From: Deltaproteobacteria bacterium
GTDB taxonomy: Bacteria > Myxococcota_A > Polyangia > Polyangiales > Houyiibacteriaceae
Direction of reading: 5' to 3'
Assembly: GCA_034670305.1 (NCBI GenBank)
Contig: JAXMNT010000042.1
Location: 1 to 64,000, forward strand
Length of the DNA stretch: 64,000 nt
In this document: one piece after another, positions 49,132 through 58,070 of the stretch
Layout of the letters: each line of letters starts with the position of its first letter
Position numbering within the stretch: position 1 is the stretch's first letter
The notes under the pieces: model-generated
What the model was told of the DNA's origin: nothing
Database searches by the model: none
Seen by the model: only the letters and a program-made list of their open reading frames with translations
Made by a program: the position numbers and the translations under genes

Positions 49132-52100
49132 TCTCCTGCCGTCCCGTCGGCCGCAGCGTCGCCGCCGTCGTCACCCACATCTGCATCGTCTTCGGTTGCG
49201 AGTTCGACCGGACCCGGTCGACCAATGCTTCCACGTACGTAGCTGGCGGAGCCGCGAAGCTCAGCAGCCACCGGGTACTCGCGCGGGTTGAGGCGGTTGA
49301 GTTCCGTCTCACAGATGCGGGAGTACTCGTTGAACCAGCGAACGTTCGTCGCGGTGCGCAAACAGAACTCGAACTTCTCCACCGCCTGGGCGCGGACCGG
49401 CTCGAGGGGTTCGTCGAACGCGCCGACGTAGATGTCGAAGAGCTCGGGGTCGTTCTCGATCTCTTCCGGAATCGGCGCTTGTTGCACCGCATCGATGATG
49501 CTGATGTACATCTGGCCGATCCGAGCCGCGGCCGCGATGAGCCACGGCGGACTCGTCAGGGGCGGCACACCTTCCCGCACGACGACGCTGAGGCCAGCAA
49601 CCTGGTTGTAGGCCTCCTCCGCTTCGCGCAGCTTGGCCTGCTTTTCCTGAATCCAGGTCATGAACTCGTTCTGCGCCCACGTGTTGACGCGCGCGAGGCT
49701 GCGACCACCGCGGTAGCGGGGGAAGTTGACGGCGCGGAACTCGCGGTACTTGAGCTCACTCAGGTGGAAGAGAGACTCGGCGGTCGCGTCGAGCGCTTCC
49801 TTCAAGTACTTCACCTTGTCGGCGTCGCTCACATCGTCGAGACCGTTGATGTCTTCTGGTGTGCTGCGCCACCGTCGGGTGGCGAGCTCGAAGTGCCGCG
49901 TGGCGAGTCGGGTGTCTTCCGACGCCCAGAACGCGCGGCCCATCAAGGCATCCGCCCGGAGGAGCTGGTGCGGCAAGCCGGTCCGTCGGTAGTCGCGGAG
50001 GAACCGAGACATGTGACGCACGAGGTTGTGCCAGTCGTTGGCCCGCTCGTAGATGGTGCCGATGGAGAACACGACCTGCGAGGTCTCCTGGGCTCTCGAA
50101 CGTTTGTAGTTCCGTTCGAAGAGTCTGGCGTCTTCGACCGCGGCCTCGGTGTCGCCGAGACCCATTCGGAAGAACACCGCGTTCTGCAGTGCCTCGTGGG
50201 CGATGGCGCAGCTGCCGGCTGCGCGGTCCTCATCGGTACACGACGATCCATCCTCGCCTGGATAGGCTCGGGCGAACCGTTCGTAGTAGGTGGCGGCCTG
50301 CTCGTAGAACGCGAGCGCGTGGTAGTTGGCGCCGACGAGGTACACGGCGCGTTTGGCGAACTCGCTGTCGTCGAAGCGCTCGATGAGCACGTTTCGAACC
50401 TGGATGGCTCGACCGAGCAGACGGGCCGCCTCGAAGTGAATCGCGGCGTTGTAGAGCACTTCGTCCATCGCGAAGCCCTCCTGTTCCGCACACTCCTGGT
50501 GACGACGGTAGATGCGGACGTACTGCGCAGCCGCACGTTTGTGCTGCTGGTTGTTGCCGTACGCCTCGGCCTGCTTTCGCATGACGTTGCACTTGAGCGT
50601 CGTCAGCACGCCACAGAGATCCGGATGGTTCTCAGCGGCCTGCGGGGTGTTGCAGTACAGGTTGTTCATCGGGTCGATCTCGGACTCGATGGTGGCCAGA
50701 CACTCGGGACGGTTCGGTTCGCGCTGCGACCCGAGCACGTTCAAGCAGTCGAGGTAGAGGTTGGCCGCGTACTCGGAGAGTTCGCTCGCCTGGTGGTTGT
50801 ACGCGATGTCTCGGAAGAGCACGGCCGCTTCTTCGAAGTGGTTGGCTTCGTAGTAGATGCGGGCGCGGCGGTACTTGATCTGCGCGAGGTCGTCGCTGTC
50901 CGGGACGAAGCAGACGTAGCGTTGGAACGCGTTGATCATGCCGGTCTCGAGCTCGGTGAACTCCCGCGTGGCCATCGTGTCCTCGGGCTCCGGCTCGGGT
51001 GCCCGGCGTCCTCGACGACCCCGGCGACCTCGGCGCGGCTCCTCTTCCCGTTCTTCGCGGGTCTGGCGCTCACGGCTCGAGTACTGCTGCTGGTACAAGT
51101 TGTTGTAACAGAGCACCGCGGCGTACGCGGCGTCGGCGGTGAACTCACCCTGGGGGTTGAGCTCCACGACGTGGTCGAAGGCCGGACCACAGCGCGCCCA
51201 GTCTTCCATCTTCCACGTGAGTTCCGCGTAGTAGTAGGAGACCTTGTAGACGGTGGGCCAGTCTTCCCGCGCGATGTTCGGGAACTCGAGTCCCTCCATG
51301 TCCGGGAACTTGTCGATCAAGAGGCGGTACAGACGGGACGAGAGATCCATCGTCGTGCGGTCGCCCGTGCCGGGCTGCTCTTCGGTGCCGATGGCCTCTC
51401 GGTGCCATGCGGTCGCGAGCCAGGCGAGAATGCCCGCTGTCTCACTCTTGCACTGGGTGACCGTCTCGTCCGGGTGCGAGCTCTGCACGTAGGCGTCGTA
51501 GACGTCGACCATGCGCCGGAGCTCCCGGACCTGGTCCGGTTTGCCCGCGGAGCTGATGACCGCGTTGGTGACACGCGCCTGCCAGTAGCAGAGCTTGTCG
51601 CCGTTCGGTCTCTCCGCCATCAGCGTGTGGTAGACGGCGATCGTCTCCGTCCACTGACCGGTGTCGTAATAGAGCTCGGCTAGGCTCTCGAGCATCTCGA
51701 GCGCTTGGTCCTCGTTGGTCGCGTATCTTCGGAAGAAGTCCAGCGCTTGTCCGGGCCGGCCCACCATCGCGTACGGCAGGACGAGCTCTCGCCGCGACTG
51801 GCGCGCGAGGTTCTCCGCATCGGTCGCGTCCGGGTTCTGAGTCGCGAACTCGATCGTCTCGACGAAGGCCTGGAGCGCGCCCCGGAAGTTCTCCCGGTTG
51901 TAGTGCGCCCACGCCGACTTGTAGACCGCGTAGCCGTAGATCGGGTTCTGCTCGGGCGGGAACTCCGTGACCTTCTCGTAGAAGCGGAGCGCGGCCTGCA
52001 TCTCGTCTTGGTTGAAGAAGAACTCCGCGAACGACAGGTACGCGTGCGGAATGAAGCGGCTCTGCGGGTAGCTCTTGATGAGCCGGTGGTAGACGTCGCG

Positions 52101-52799
52101 CGCTCGGTCGTGTTCTTGAATCTCTTCGAGACCGAACGCGAGCGAGAAGAGCACTTCGTCCATGCGGCCGTAGTTCGGGTGGTCGTTGACCAGCACCGCG
52201 TAGGTTCGAATCGTCTGCTGCCGTGCTTCGTTCAAGGCGTTCTGGGCGTTGCGCTGACCCTGACGGGCTTCGCGGCACCGCTGACGGTTCTTCTGGCGAC
52301 GACACGCCTGGAAGATCGGCTGGTCGAACCCGCGCATGCGCGTGTTGAGCGCCTGCTGCATCTCGAAGTAGGTCTCCGCGAGACGCAGGAGGATGTCGGG
52401 ACGCTGCGGGTTGTTCTGCCGCGTGTTGCGCACCAGTCGGTTCAGGATCCGAACCTCGCGCTCGAGGAGCTGTGCGGCGCGGGCCTGGACCTGCTCACGA
52501 CCGCGCCGGGTCGCGACGTCGATCTCGATCGACGGTCCCTGCGGACCGGCGTTCTTCGTCTCTTGTTTCACCGGCGCAGCGGTGCGGAGCCGACTCTGTG
52601 GTGCGGTGACGCGGCCCTTGGTGCGCGGAGGCGGCGCCCCCTGAGGGCATTCGTTGAGTGAGGTACGGATGTGGGACGTGATGCACTGTCCCCCCGTCGA
52701 GGCGGCGTTGCGCTCGCCCTCTTGTGCCTGCGCCGAGCCCGCTTCCCACAATGGGAAACTGAGCGCGAGTGCCAGGGCGAGTTTGATGGATACGCGCAT
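49128..52799 (-). CDS. gltD: GltD/AgmU-like large periplasmic TPR protein
   Basis: Signal peptide, about 1220 aa, TPR clusters, C-terminal W.IAAAARIGQMY...C...ELNRLNPREYP; synteny. Confidence 0.85.
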   Translation of the reverse strand: MRVSIKLALALALSFPLWEAGSAQAQEGERNAASTGGQCITSHIRTSLNECPQGAPPPRTKGRVTAPQSRLRTAAPVKQETKNAGPQGPSIEIDVATRRGREQVQARAAQLLEREVRILNRLVRNTRQNNPQRPDILLRLAETYFEMQQALNTRMRGFDQPIFQACRRQKNRQRCREARQGQRNAQNALNEARQQTIRTYAVLVNDHPNYGRMDEVLFSLAFGLEEIQEHDRARDVYHRLIKSYPQSRFIPHAYLSFAEFFFNQDEMQAALRFYEKVTEFPPEQNPIYGYAVYKSAWAHYNRENFRGALQAFVETIEFATQNPDATDAENLARQSRRELVLPYAMVGRPGQALDFFRRYATNEDQALEMLESLAELYYDTGQWTETIAVYHTLMAERPNGDKLCYWQARVTNAVISSAGKPDQVRELRRMVDVYDAYVQSSHPDETVTQCKSETAGILAWLATAWHREAIGTEEQPGTGDRTTMDLSSRLYRLLIDKFPDMEGLEFPNIAREDWPTVYKVSYYYAELTWKMEDWARCGPAFDHVVELNPQGEFTADAAYAAVLCYNNLYQQQYSSRERQTREEREEEPRRGRRGRRGRRAPEPEPEDTMATREFTELETGMINAFQRYVCFVPDSDDLAQIKYRRARIYYEANHFEEAAVLFRDIAYNHQASELSEYAANLYLDCLNVLGSQREPNRPECLATIESEIDPMNNLYCNTPQAAENHPDLCGVLTTLKCNVMRKQAEAYGNNQQHKRAAAQYVRIYRRHQECAEQEGFAMDEVLYNAAIHFEAARLLGRAIQVRNVLIERFDDSEFAKRAVYLVGANYHALAFYEQAATYYERFARAYPGEDGSSCTDEDRAAGSCAIAHEALQNAVFFRMGLGDTEAAVEDARLFERNYKRSRAQETSQVVFSIGTIYERANDWHNLVRHMSRFLRDYRRTGLPHQLLRADALMGRAFWASEDTRLATRHFELATRRWRSTPEDINGLDDVSDADKVKYLKEALDATAESLFHLSELKYREFRAVNFPRYRGGRSLARVNTWAQNEFMTWIQEKQAKLREAEEAYNQVAGLSVVVREGVPPLTSPPWLIAAAARIGQMYISIIDAVQQAPIPEEIENDPELFDIYVGAFDEPLEPVRAQAVEKFEFCLRTATNVRWFNEYSRICETELNRLNPREYPVAAELRGSASYVRGSIGRPGPVELATEDDADVGDDGGDAAADGTAGE

Positions 52800-52801
52800 C
52801 C

Positions 52802-54481
52802 TTACCTCCCACACCGGTTCGAGACCTGCTGACGATAGAAGCCAAGCTCATCGCGCCAGTACTCGCCGCGGAACGGCCAGAGCTGATGCTCTTCATCCAC
52901 TTCGACCTCGCCGCCGCCGGAGCGCTGCGCTTCGGTCATCTGCTGCTGCAGCTCCTGGTCGATCGTGCCGCGCTGAACCGTGACGACTTCCAGCTCGACG
53001 GTGTCGATCTGGTTGGTCAGGTCCGCGAGTTCATCGATGAGGCGCTGGTAGCGTGCTCGGGCAAGGTCGCCCGTCTGGTCGATCGCGAAGGACTTCGCGA
53101 CGGCAACATCCTGGAGAATGCGCGCGCCGAGCGAGCTGTTCTGAAGCTCGGCCGGGGCCTGCGCGAGGCGCTGCTCTTCCGACTCGAGCACGTTCACGTA
53201 CTCGATGTTGCGAAGGACTTCGCGGTCGGAGAGCGCGCTGCCGACGATGGGCCGGACCTGCGCCGAAAGGTTGGCTTCGCCCGCGCGGACCTGCTTGAGG
53301 AAGTCGAAGAACTGCGTGTTGTCCTCGAAACGCGAGAGGATGTCCTCCAGCTCCTGCCGGACCGGATCGTAGCGCTCGTGGAACTGCCCGATCATCGCCA
53401 TGGCGTTCTCGAGCTGACAGTTCACGAAGAACGTCACCGCCTTGAGCACCAGCGCTTCCGGGTAGTACGCCTCGTTGAAGTACGGGGAGAACAGCGTGTG
53501 CACGTTGCCGAGCGCGCGGCTGTACTCGTCGGCGAGGAAGAACGCCCAGCTCGATTCGAACAACGCGTCGAGCCAGTATTCGCTGCCCTGGTCGACCGTG
53601 TTCCACGCTTCGACGGCTTGACCGAGCAGGCGGCCGTCGACTTCGCGCTCGCCGTTCTCACCGGTCCGGTTGGCGGCCGTGTAGTAGACGCGGGCGAGGG
53701 AGATCCACGCGAGGTTGTGCATGCGCTCTTCGTCTTCGACACCTTCGATGCCTTCGTCGATGCCGTCGATGATGGCGCGGAACGCCTCGATGGCCGGGCG
53801 GGCGCGGCGCATCCGAATGTGCGCGATGCCATCGAAGAAGCGCGCCTTCACGTAGAAGGAGGACTCGCTTCCGACCCGCTGGAACAGGGCGATCGCTTCC
53901 TCGAACTCGCCCTGCGAGTACTTGAAGCGGCCCATGATGTAGAGCAGCTCGTTGTACAGCTCCTGGCTCTCGGCCGTGTTGAACTGCTCGAGTTCGTCGA
54001 CCCCGTAGCGGCCGACCTTCTCGATGATGCCCGCGGGCTCAGGGAGCTGCGACGCGAGCTGAGCGAGCCACTGCAACGTCTGGTTGAAGTAGAGGTGCCC
54101 TACCCCCTGCTGGCCGATCTCGTCGAAGATCGCGAGGGCCGACTGGTAGTAGTGAAGGTGGTACAGGCACTTGCCGAGGAAGAACTGTGCCTTCTGCACG
54201 TTCGCCTGCGCGTCCTGGGTCTCCCCTTCGACGACGCGCTGGAACTGCACCGCAGCTTCCTGGTAGCGCTCTTGCTGGTACAGGCGCAGCGCGTTGGCCA
54301 ACGCTTCGCTCGGCGGTCCCTCGGCGGGCGGAGCAGGTGGCTGCCCCGTCTCGTCGATGTTGAACTGCATGTCCTGCGCACCCACGGCGGACGTCGTCCA
54401 CACGCCGAGAAGGGCGAGAACGGCGGCGAGGGTTCGCCCTGCCTTGGTGCTGGTGTTGCGGGACGGCTCGATCCTCATCAT
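52802..54481 (-). CDS. gltC: GltC/AgnA-like periplasmic TPR protein
   Basis: YWLDALFESSWAFF..ALGNVHTLFSPYF..YPEA and C-terminal WPFRGEYWRDELGFYR..C motifs typical of GltC. Confidence 0.85.
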   Translation of the reverse strand: MMRIEPSRNTSTKAGRTLAAVLALLGVWTTSAVGAQDMQFNIDETGQPPAPPAEGPPSEALANALRLYQQERYQEAAVQFQRVVEGETQDAQANVQKAQFFLGKCLYHLHYYQSALAIFDEIGQQGVGHLYFNQTLQWLAQLASQLPEPAGIIEKVGRYGVDELEQFNTAESQELYNELLYIMGRFKYSQGEFEEAIALFQRVGSESSFYVKARFFDGIAHIRMRRARPAIEAFRAIIDGIDEGIEGVEDEERMHNLAWISLARVYYTAANRTGENGEREVDGRLLGQAVEAWNTVDQGSEYWLDALFESSWAFFLADEYSRALGNVHTLFSPYFNEAYYPEALVLKAVTFFVNCQLENAMAMIGQFHERYDPVRQELEDILSRFEDNTQFFDFLKQVRAGEANLSAQVRPIVGSALSDREVLRNIEYVNVLESEEQRLAQAPAELQNSSLGARILQDVAVAKSFAIDQTGDLARARYQRLIDELADLTNQIDTVELEVVTVQRGTIDQELQQQMTEAQRSGGGEVEVDEEHQLWPFRGEYWRDELGFYRQQVSNRCGR

Positions 54482-54702
54482 TGGCTCCTGGTCGCTTTCG
54501 CGGCGGCGTGTGGTCTTCGAGAACCAGCACGCAAAAGGGTCCGTGGCGGCCTCGGACCATCGTCTCTGGGCCCCCCGAAACCGTCTGCGCGCAAGAGTTC
54601 ACGCGCACCTGGACGGTGCGGAAGGACATCCGAACGCCCCGTAACAATGTACGGAGCGGAAAAACTCAACAAAATCGACATCTTGGGGTCGTTTGGGGTG
54701 GG

Positions 54703-54732
54703 ATAATAGAAATTTGGGTCGATTTTTGTCAA
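54703..54732 (-). promoter_or_regulatory. Sigma70-type promoter for the gltC operon
   Basis: Minus strand TTGACA (54732-54727), 18-bp spacer, TATTAT (54708-54703) in an AT-rich island. Confidence 0.75.
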
Positions 54733-55030
54733 GGGGGTAGAAACTCGGAGGGTCAAAGGGGTCATGAATGGGGTTCCGTCGGCGGGCCCCACGACGTGCG
54801 CGAGACCGGCGTTGCTGAGTGGGCTGGATTGGAAATCCGGTGCCCGAGCGGCGACGCCTATCTAGACACTCGGGTCGGTCGCGAATTGGGAACCACCTGC
54901 TTCGAATGCGCGAAGCGGCACCCATTTGCTTCGTCCATCCCGATCGATTTCGCCTCGTTCGCAGATTAATCGCGCGCGATGGGGACAAATCGGGTAGAAG
55001 ACCGGGTCTGATCGTGAAGGCACAGGAGAT

Positions 55031-55507
55031 ATGCAGATGAAGCGGTTGTGGTTCGCGGCGATGCTCGCGCTTCCCCTGATTTCCGTGGCGGGTTGCCAGG
55101 CCACGGGCGTAGGTGATCCCTGCGTACCGGAGAACGTTCCCGGCGACGGGTTCCAGCCTGGTGAGGCGTACTTGGAGACGAGTTCGGTTCAGTGCCGGAC
55201 GCGGGTCTGCATGGTGTACCAGTTCGGCAACACCCGGGCCCTCGACCCGAGTGAGTCGCGCGAGGATTGCACCGAAGCAGGTCGTGACCCCTCGGTCTGC
55301 GCCCTTCTCGCGACGGCGGAAGAAATCGACGAGCGGGTGTACTGCAGCTGTCGTTGCAGCACGATCAGCGGCAGCTCCTCGAGCACGCCGACCTGTGAAT
55401 GTGCGGAAGGGTTCAGCTGTCGCGACGACCTGTTGACCCTCGGCGGCGAAGGCATCCGTGGCGGCTACTGCGTCCGGAACGAGACCCTCGACCTCGAAGG
55501 CACCTGA
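55031..55507 (+). CDS. Cys-rich lipoprotein, GltK/CglC-like
   Basis: Lipobox VAGC then VGDPC..C.TRVC..YCSCRC..C.C..GFSC..YCV; divergent from gltC; CAGGAG RBS. Confidence 0.7.
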   Translation: MQMKRLWFAAMLALPLISVAGCQATGVGDPCVPENVPGDGFQPGEAYLETSSVQCRTRVCMVYQFGNTRALDPSESREDCTEAGRDPSVCALLATAEEIDERVYCSCRCSTISGSSSSTPTCECAEGFSCRDDLLTLGGEGIRGGYCVRNETLDLEGT

Positions 55508-55529
55508 CAGCCTCGTCCGAAGAGGACCG

Positions 55530-55564
55530 AAGAGCGGCCGGGCATTGCCCTGCCGCTCTTTTTC
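55530..55564 (+). terminator. Intrinsic terminator
   Basis: aagagcggc.gggca-t-tgccc.gccgctctt followed by a T-run. Confidence 0.8.
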
Positions 55565-55573
55565 GTTGGGAGC

Positions 55574-55930
55574 CTAGAAAGCCGATTCGTAGTAGTCGAG
55601 GCGGTTCAGCTCGCCGCGCTGGGTGAAGACGAGTGCCGCGGCGTCGAAGCGGACGGTCCCGCGGCGGCGGTGGGCGCGCATCCACCCGTACCCGGCCGAA
55701 CGGATGCGGCGTGCTTTGGCCGCATCGATGCTGTGGATCGGATGGCCGAACCGAGTTCCGGTCCGTGACCGCACCTCGACGATCGCGAACAGCCGGAAGC
55801 GCTGCGCGATCAAGTCGAGTTCGAGCCGCCCCACCCGCGCATTGCGGGCGACGATCTGGAACCCTCGATCTTCGAGGTAGCCCGCGACGATGTGTTCGGC
55901 GCGGCGGCCCAGTGCGATCCGGCGGGTCAT
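55574..55930 (-). CDS. yraN: YraN/UPF0102 family putative endonuclease
   Basis: LGRRAE..YLE..G..IVARN..ELDLIA..VEVRSR..RFD motifs. Confidence 0.9.
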   Translation of the reverse strand: MTRRIALGRRAEHIVAGYLEDRGFQIVARNARVGRLELDLIAQRFRLFAIVEVRSRTGTRFGHPIHSIDAAKARRIRSAGYGWMRAHRRRGTVRFDAAALVFTQRGELNRLDYYESAF

Positions 55931-55990
55931 ACGCCGGGGCTCTTCGGGCGGGGCGCTAGGGAGTTGCGCGCGCGGGAAAAGCATCAGGCG

Positions 55991-56171
55991 GCAGCAGCAA
56001 CAGCAGCGACAGGCTCAGCGACAGGGCTCAGCGACAGGCTCAGCGACAGGCTCAGCAACAGGGTCAGCAACAGGGCTCAGCAACAGCAGCAACAGCAGCA
56101 ACAGCAGCAACAGGGCTCAGCAACGGGCCTCAGCAACAGGGCTCAGCAACGGGCTCAGCAACAGGCTCAGC
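55991..56171. repeat. Mixed 12/13-bp (GC[AG]ACAGG[G]CTCA) and CAG/CAA tandem repeat
   Basis: About 11 GCAACAGGGCTCA-like units interrupted by (CAGCAGCAA)n. Confidence 0.9.
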
Positions 56172-56191
56172 CTCTGACTCCTCGCTCAAGA

Positions 56192-56247
56192 GGGCAAGGG
56201 CAAGGGCACGGGCACGGGCAAGGGTAGCAGCCGCTTTGCGGCTGCTA
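56192..56247. repeat. GGGCA[A/C] hexamer tract followed by a hairpin overlapping a stop codon
   Basis: gggcaagggcaagggcacgggcacgggcaaggg, then tagcagccgc-ttt-gcggctgcta (56225-56247). Confidence 0.8.
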
Positions 56248-56865
56248 GTCCAGGTGGGCTTGCATGCGATCTCGGACGGCTTGGAGGTGCGCGAGGGCCT
56301 CTCCTTCGAGCCCGGATTCCTTCGCTTCGGCGATCGCGGCGTCGAGTTCGGACACTTCTCGGGCCTGGGTTTCGCGGAGCGCCTCCACCATGTTCGCGAA
56401 TGCTTCGAACAGGTTTTGGAGCTCATCCCCCTTTCGGAGTCGACCACGCAAGATCAGTTTGCCGTCTGCCACCTGGTTCAACAGCAATCCGAGCTTGTAC
56501 GCGGGTCCGACGACCTTGTGGGTGACGATGATGCCCGTGAACCCGATCGCGAGCGCGAGGAAGAGGATCCCGCCGACGATGCTGAACAGCACCTTGCGGT
56601 CTTCTGCCTCGGCGATCTCTTCGAGGTTCGCCGCCGTCTCTGGATCGAGATCCGGACTGGCGGCCATCGAGACCGTCATCGCTTCGGTCTGGCCTTTCGA
56701 GTAGTCGTACGCGAAGTAGCCGAGCACCGCCGCCACGAGCACGGTCACCACGACGACCATGCCGGTGTATTTGATCTGGAAAGCCGGATCGAGCAGGTAG
56801 TTGCGGAACCGCCGCTTGGGCGGGCCGCCTGCCGGAACCGGTCTTGTTTCTGCGTTGGCCCCCAT
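56245..56865 (-). CDS. Two-TM HAMP-domain protein without output domain
   Basis: RNYLLD..FQIKY, two TMs, THKVVGP..GKL..RLRKGDELQNLFEAFANMVEALR HAMP pattern. Confidence 0.85.
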   Translation of the reverse strand: MGANAETRPVPAGGPPKRRFRNYLLDPAFQIKYTGMVVVVTVLVAAVLGYFAYDYSKGQTEAMTVSMAASPDLDPETAANLEEIAEAEDRKVLFSIVGGILFLALAIGFTGIIVTHKVVGPAYKLGLLLNQVADGKLILRGRLRKGDELQNLFEAFANMVEALRETQAREVSELDAAIAEAKESGLEGEALAHLQAVRDRMQAHLD

Positions 56866-56953
56866 CAGATCTCCTGCGAACGGGTCGCGTCCTCGAAAAA
56901 GAGCGCGCTGGAAAGGATCGTACGCCGACCGCCAGCCGGTTTCCACTTTTGGG

Positions 56954-57823
56954 TCATCGGCGACTCGCGGTCATCGCCTGGGGCAGCCGCCGGAGCGCGC
57001 CCCGCAGCGCCCCCTCGAGCGCGGTTTGTTTCGCACTGGCGCCGGTCGAACCCGGCACGGTCGCTGCGCCCTGAAGAATGGCGCGCATGTCGCGGCCCGG
57101 GTAGGTGTTGAGGATGACCGACACCGTCACGCGGGTGTTTCCACCGCTTTCATCCACGCTGACGATCGAGCTGTCGACGTAATAACCCGTGAGTCGACGC
57201 TGGCGGATGACGCGCTGCGCGGCGCCATTGCTCTCATTGGCGGGCGCCACCTCGACGCCTTCCATGGCGCGCAGTTCGCGCTCGAGGAAGGCGCGGGCCC
57301 GCTCGACTGTGGCGCGATCCATGCCCGCCCGGTCCCCGGGTTGGCCGACGCCCACGTAGAACTCAGCCGGTCCGCCCGCGTTGTTGTTGTCGTTCGTCTC
57401 TGCGACCGGCCGGGTCCGCGCGACGCGTTCCAGGGTTCGAATCGCACTCGCCACCGCGCGCCGCACCGAGGAATCTCGATCCCTCCGCACCGCGCGAAGC
57501 GCTGGGATGGCGGAGGGATCCGACAACCGCTCCAGCGATGCAGCGGCCGCGGTGCGCACCGCCGGGTGATCGTCTCCCAGGGCGGTCGACAGCGCGGCGA
57601 CGACTTCGCTCCCAGCCTCGACACGGCCGAGAGAGATCGCGGCCTGTGCGCGGACACGAAACGTGTCGGACGTGGAGAGCAGTCGGACCAGATACGCGAC
57701 GCGCTGGGACTGCGCAGACGCGACCGTCGGAACGACGAGGGATGCGAGCACCACGAGTACGCATGCTGCGAGGCGCTTCGGGCGCAGGGTCGTGCCTGCC
57801 TGGTTCGTGTCTGTTTCGCTCAC
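56954..57823 (-). CDS. Secreted HEAT-repeat protein with C-terminal alpha/beta domain
   Basis: Signal ending VASAQ; HEAT units (DDHPAVRTAAAASL, DRDSSVRRA); start uncertain. Confidence 0.8.
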   Translation of the reverse strand: MSETDTNQAGTTLRPKRLAACVLVVLASLVVPTVASAQSQRVAYLVRLLSTSDTFRVRAQAAISLGRVEAGSEVVAALSTALGDDHPAVRTAAAASLERLSDPSAIPALRAVRRDRDSSVRRAVASAIRTLERVARTRPVAETNDNNNAGGPAEFYVGVGQPGDRAGMDRATVERARAFLERELRAMEGVEVAPANESNGAAQRVIRQRRLTGYYVDSSIVSVDESGGNTRVTVSVILNTYPGRDMRAILQGAATVPGSTGASAKQTALEGALRGALRRLPQAMTASRR

Positions 57824-58070
57824 CCGTGACTCCAATGCGGAAACCGATGCGCAATGGGGCCCCCACCCGGCCACCAACGACGCGAACCTTTGGACGGGCT
57901 GTGCACAGGAAGCTTCACGAGGACGTCGAGTATCGCTTCTACAGCAGGTCGAGGGCAACGCCGTTCCCGTCCGTGACGCACGTTTTTGCTTGGTGCGGAG
58001 GTTTGTTGGGGCCCGCCAGTCGCCACCACCGGATCTGCGGCGCGCGTTGGCGGACGCTTGACACCGGACC

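Noticed and set aside
55574-55930. YraN nuclease plus nearby repeats as a defence or mobile system
   Set aside because: YraN is a widespread housekeeping-context family; no partner genes, transposase or terminal repeats were seen.
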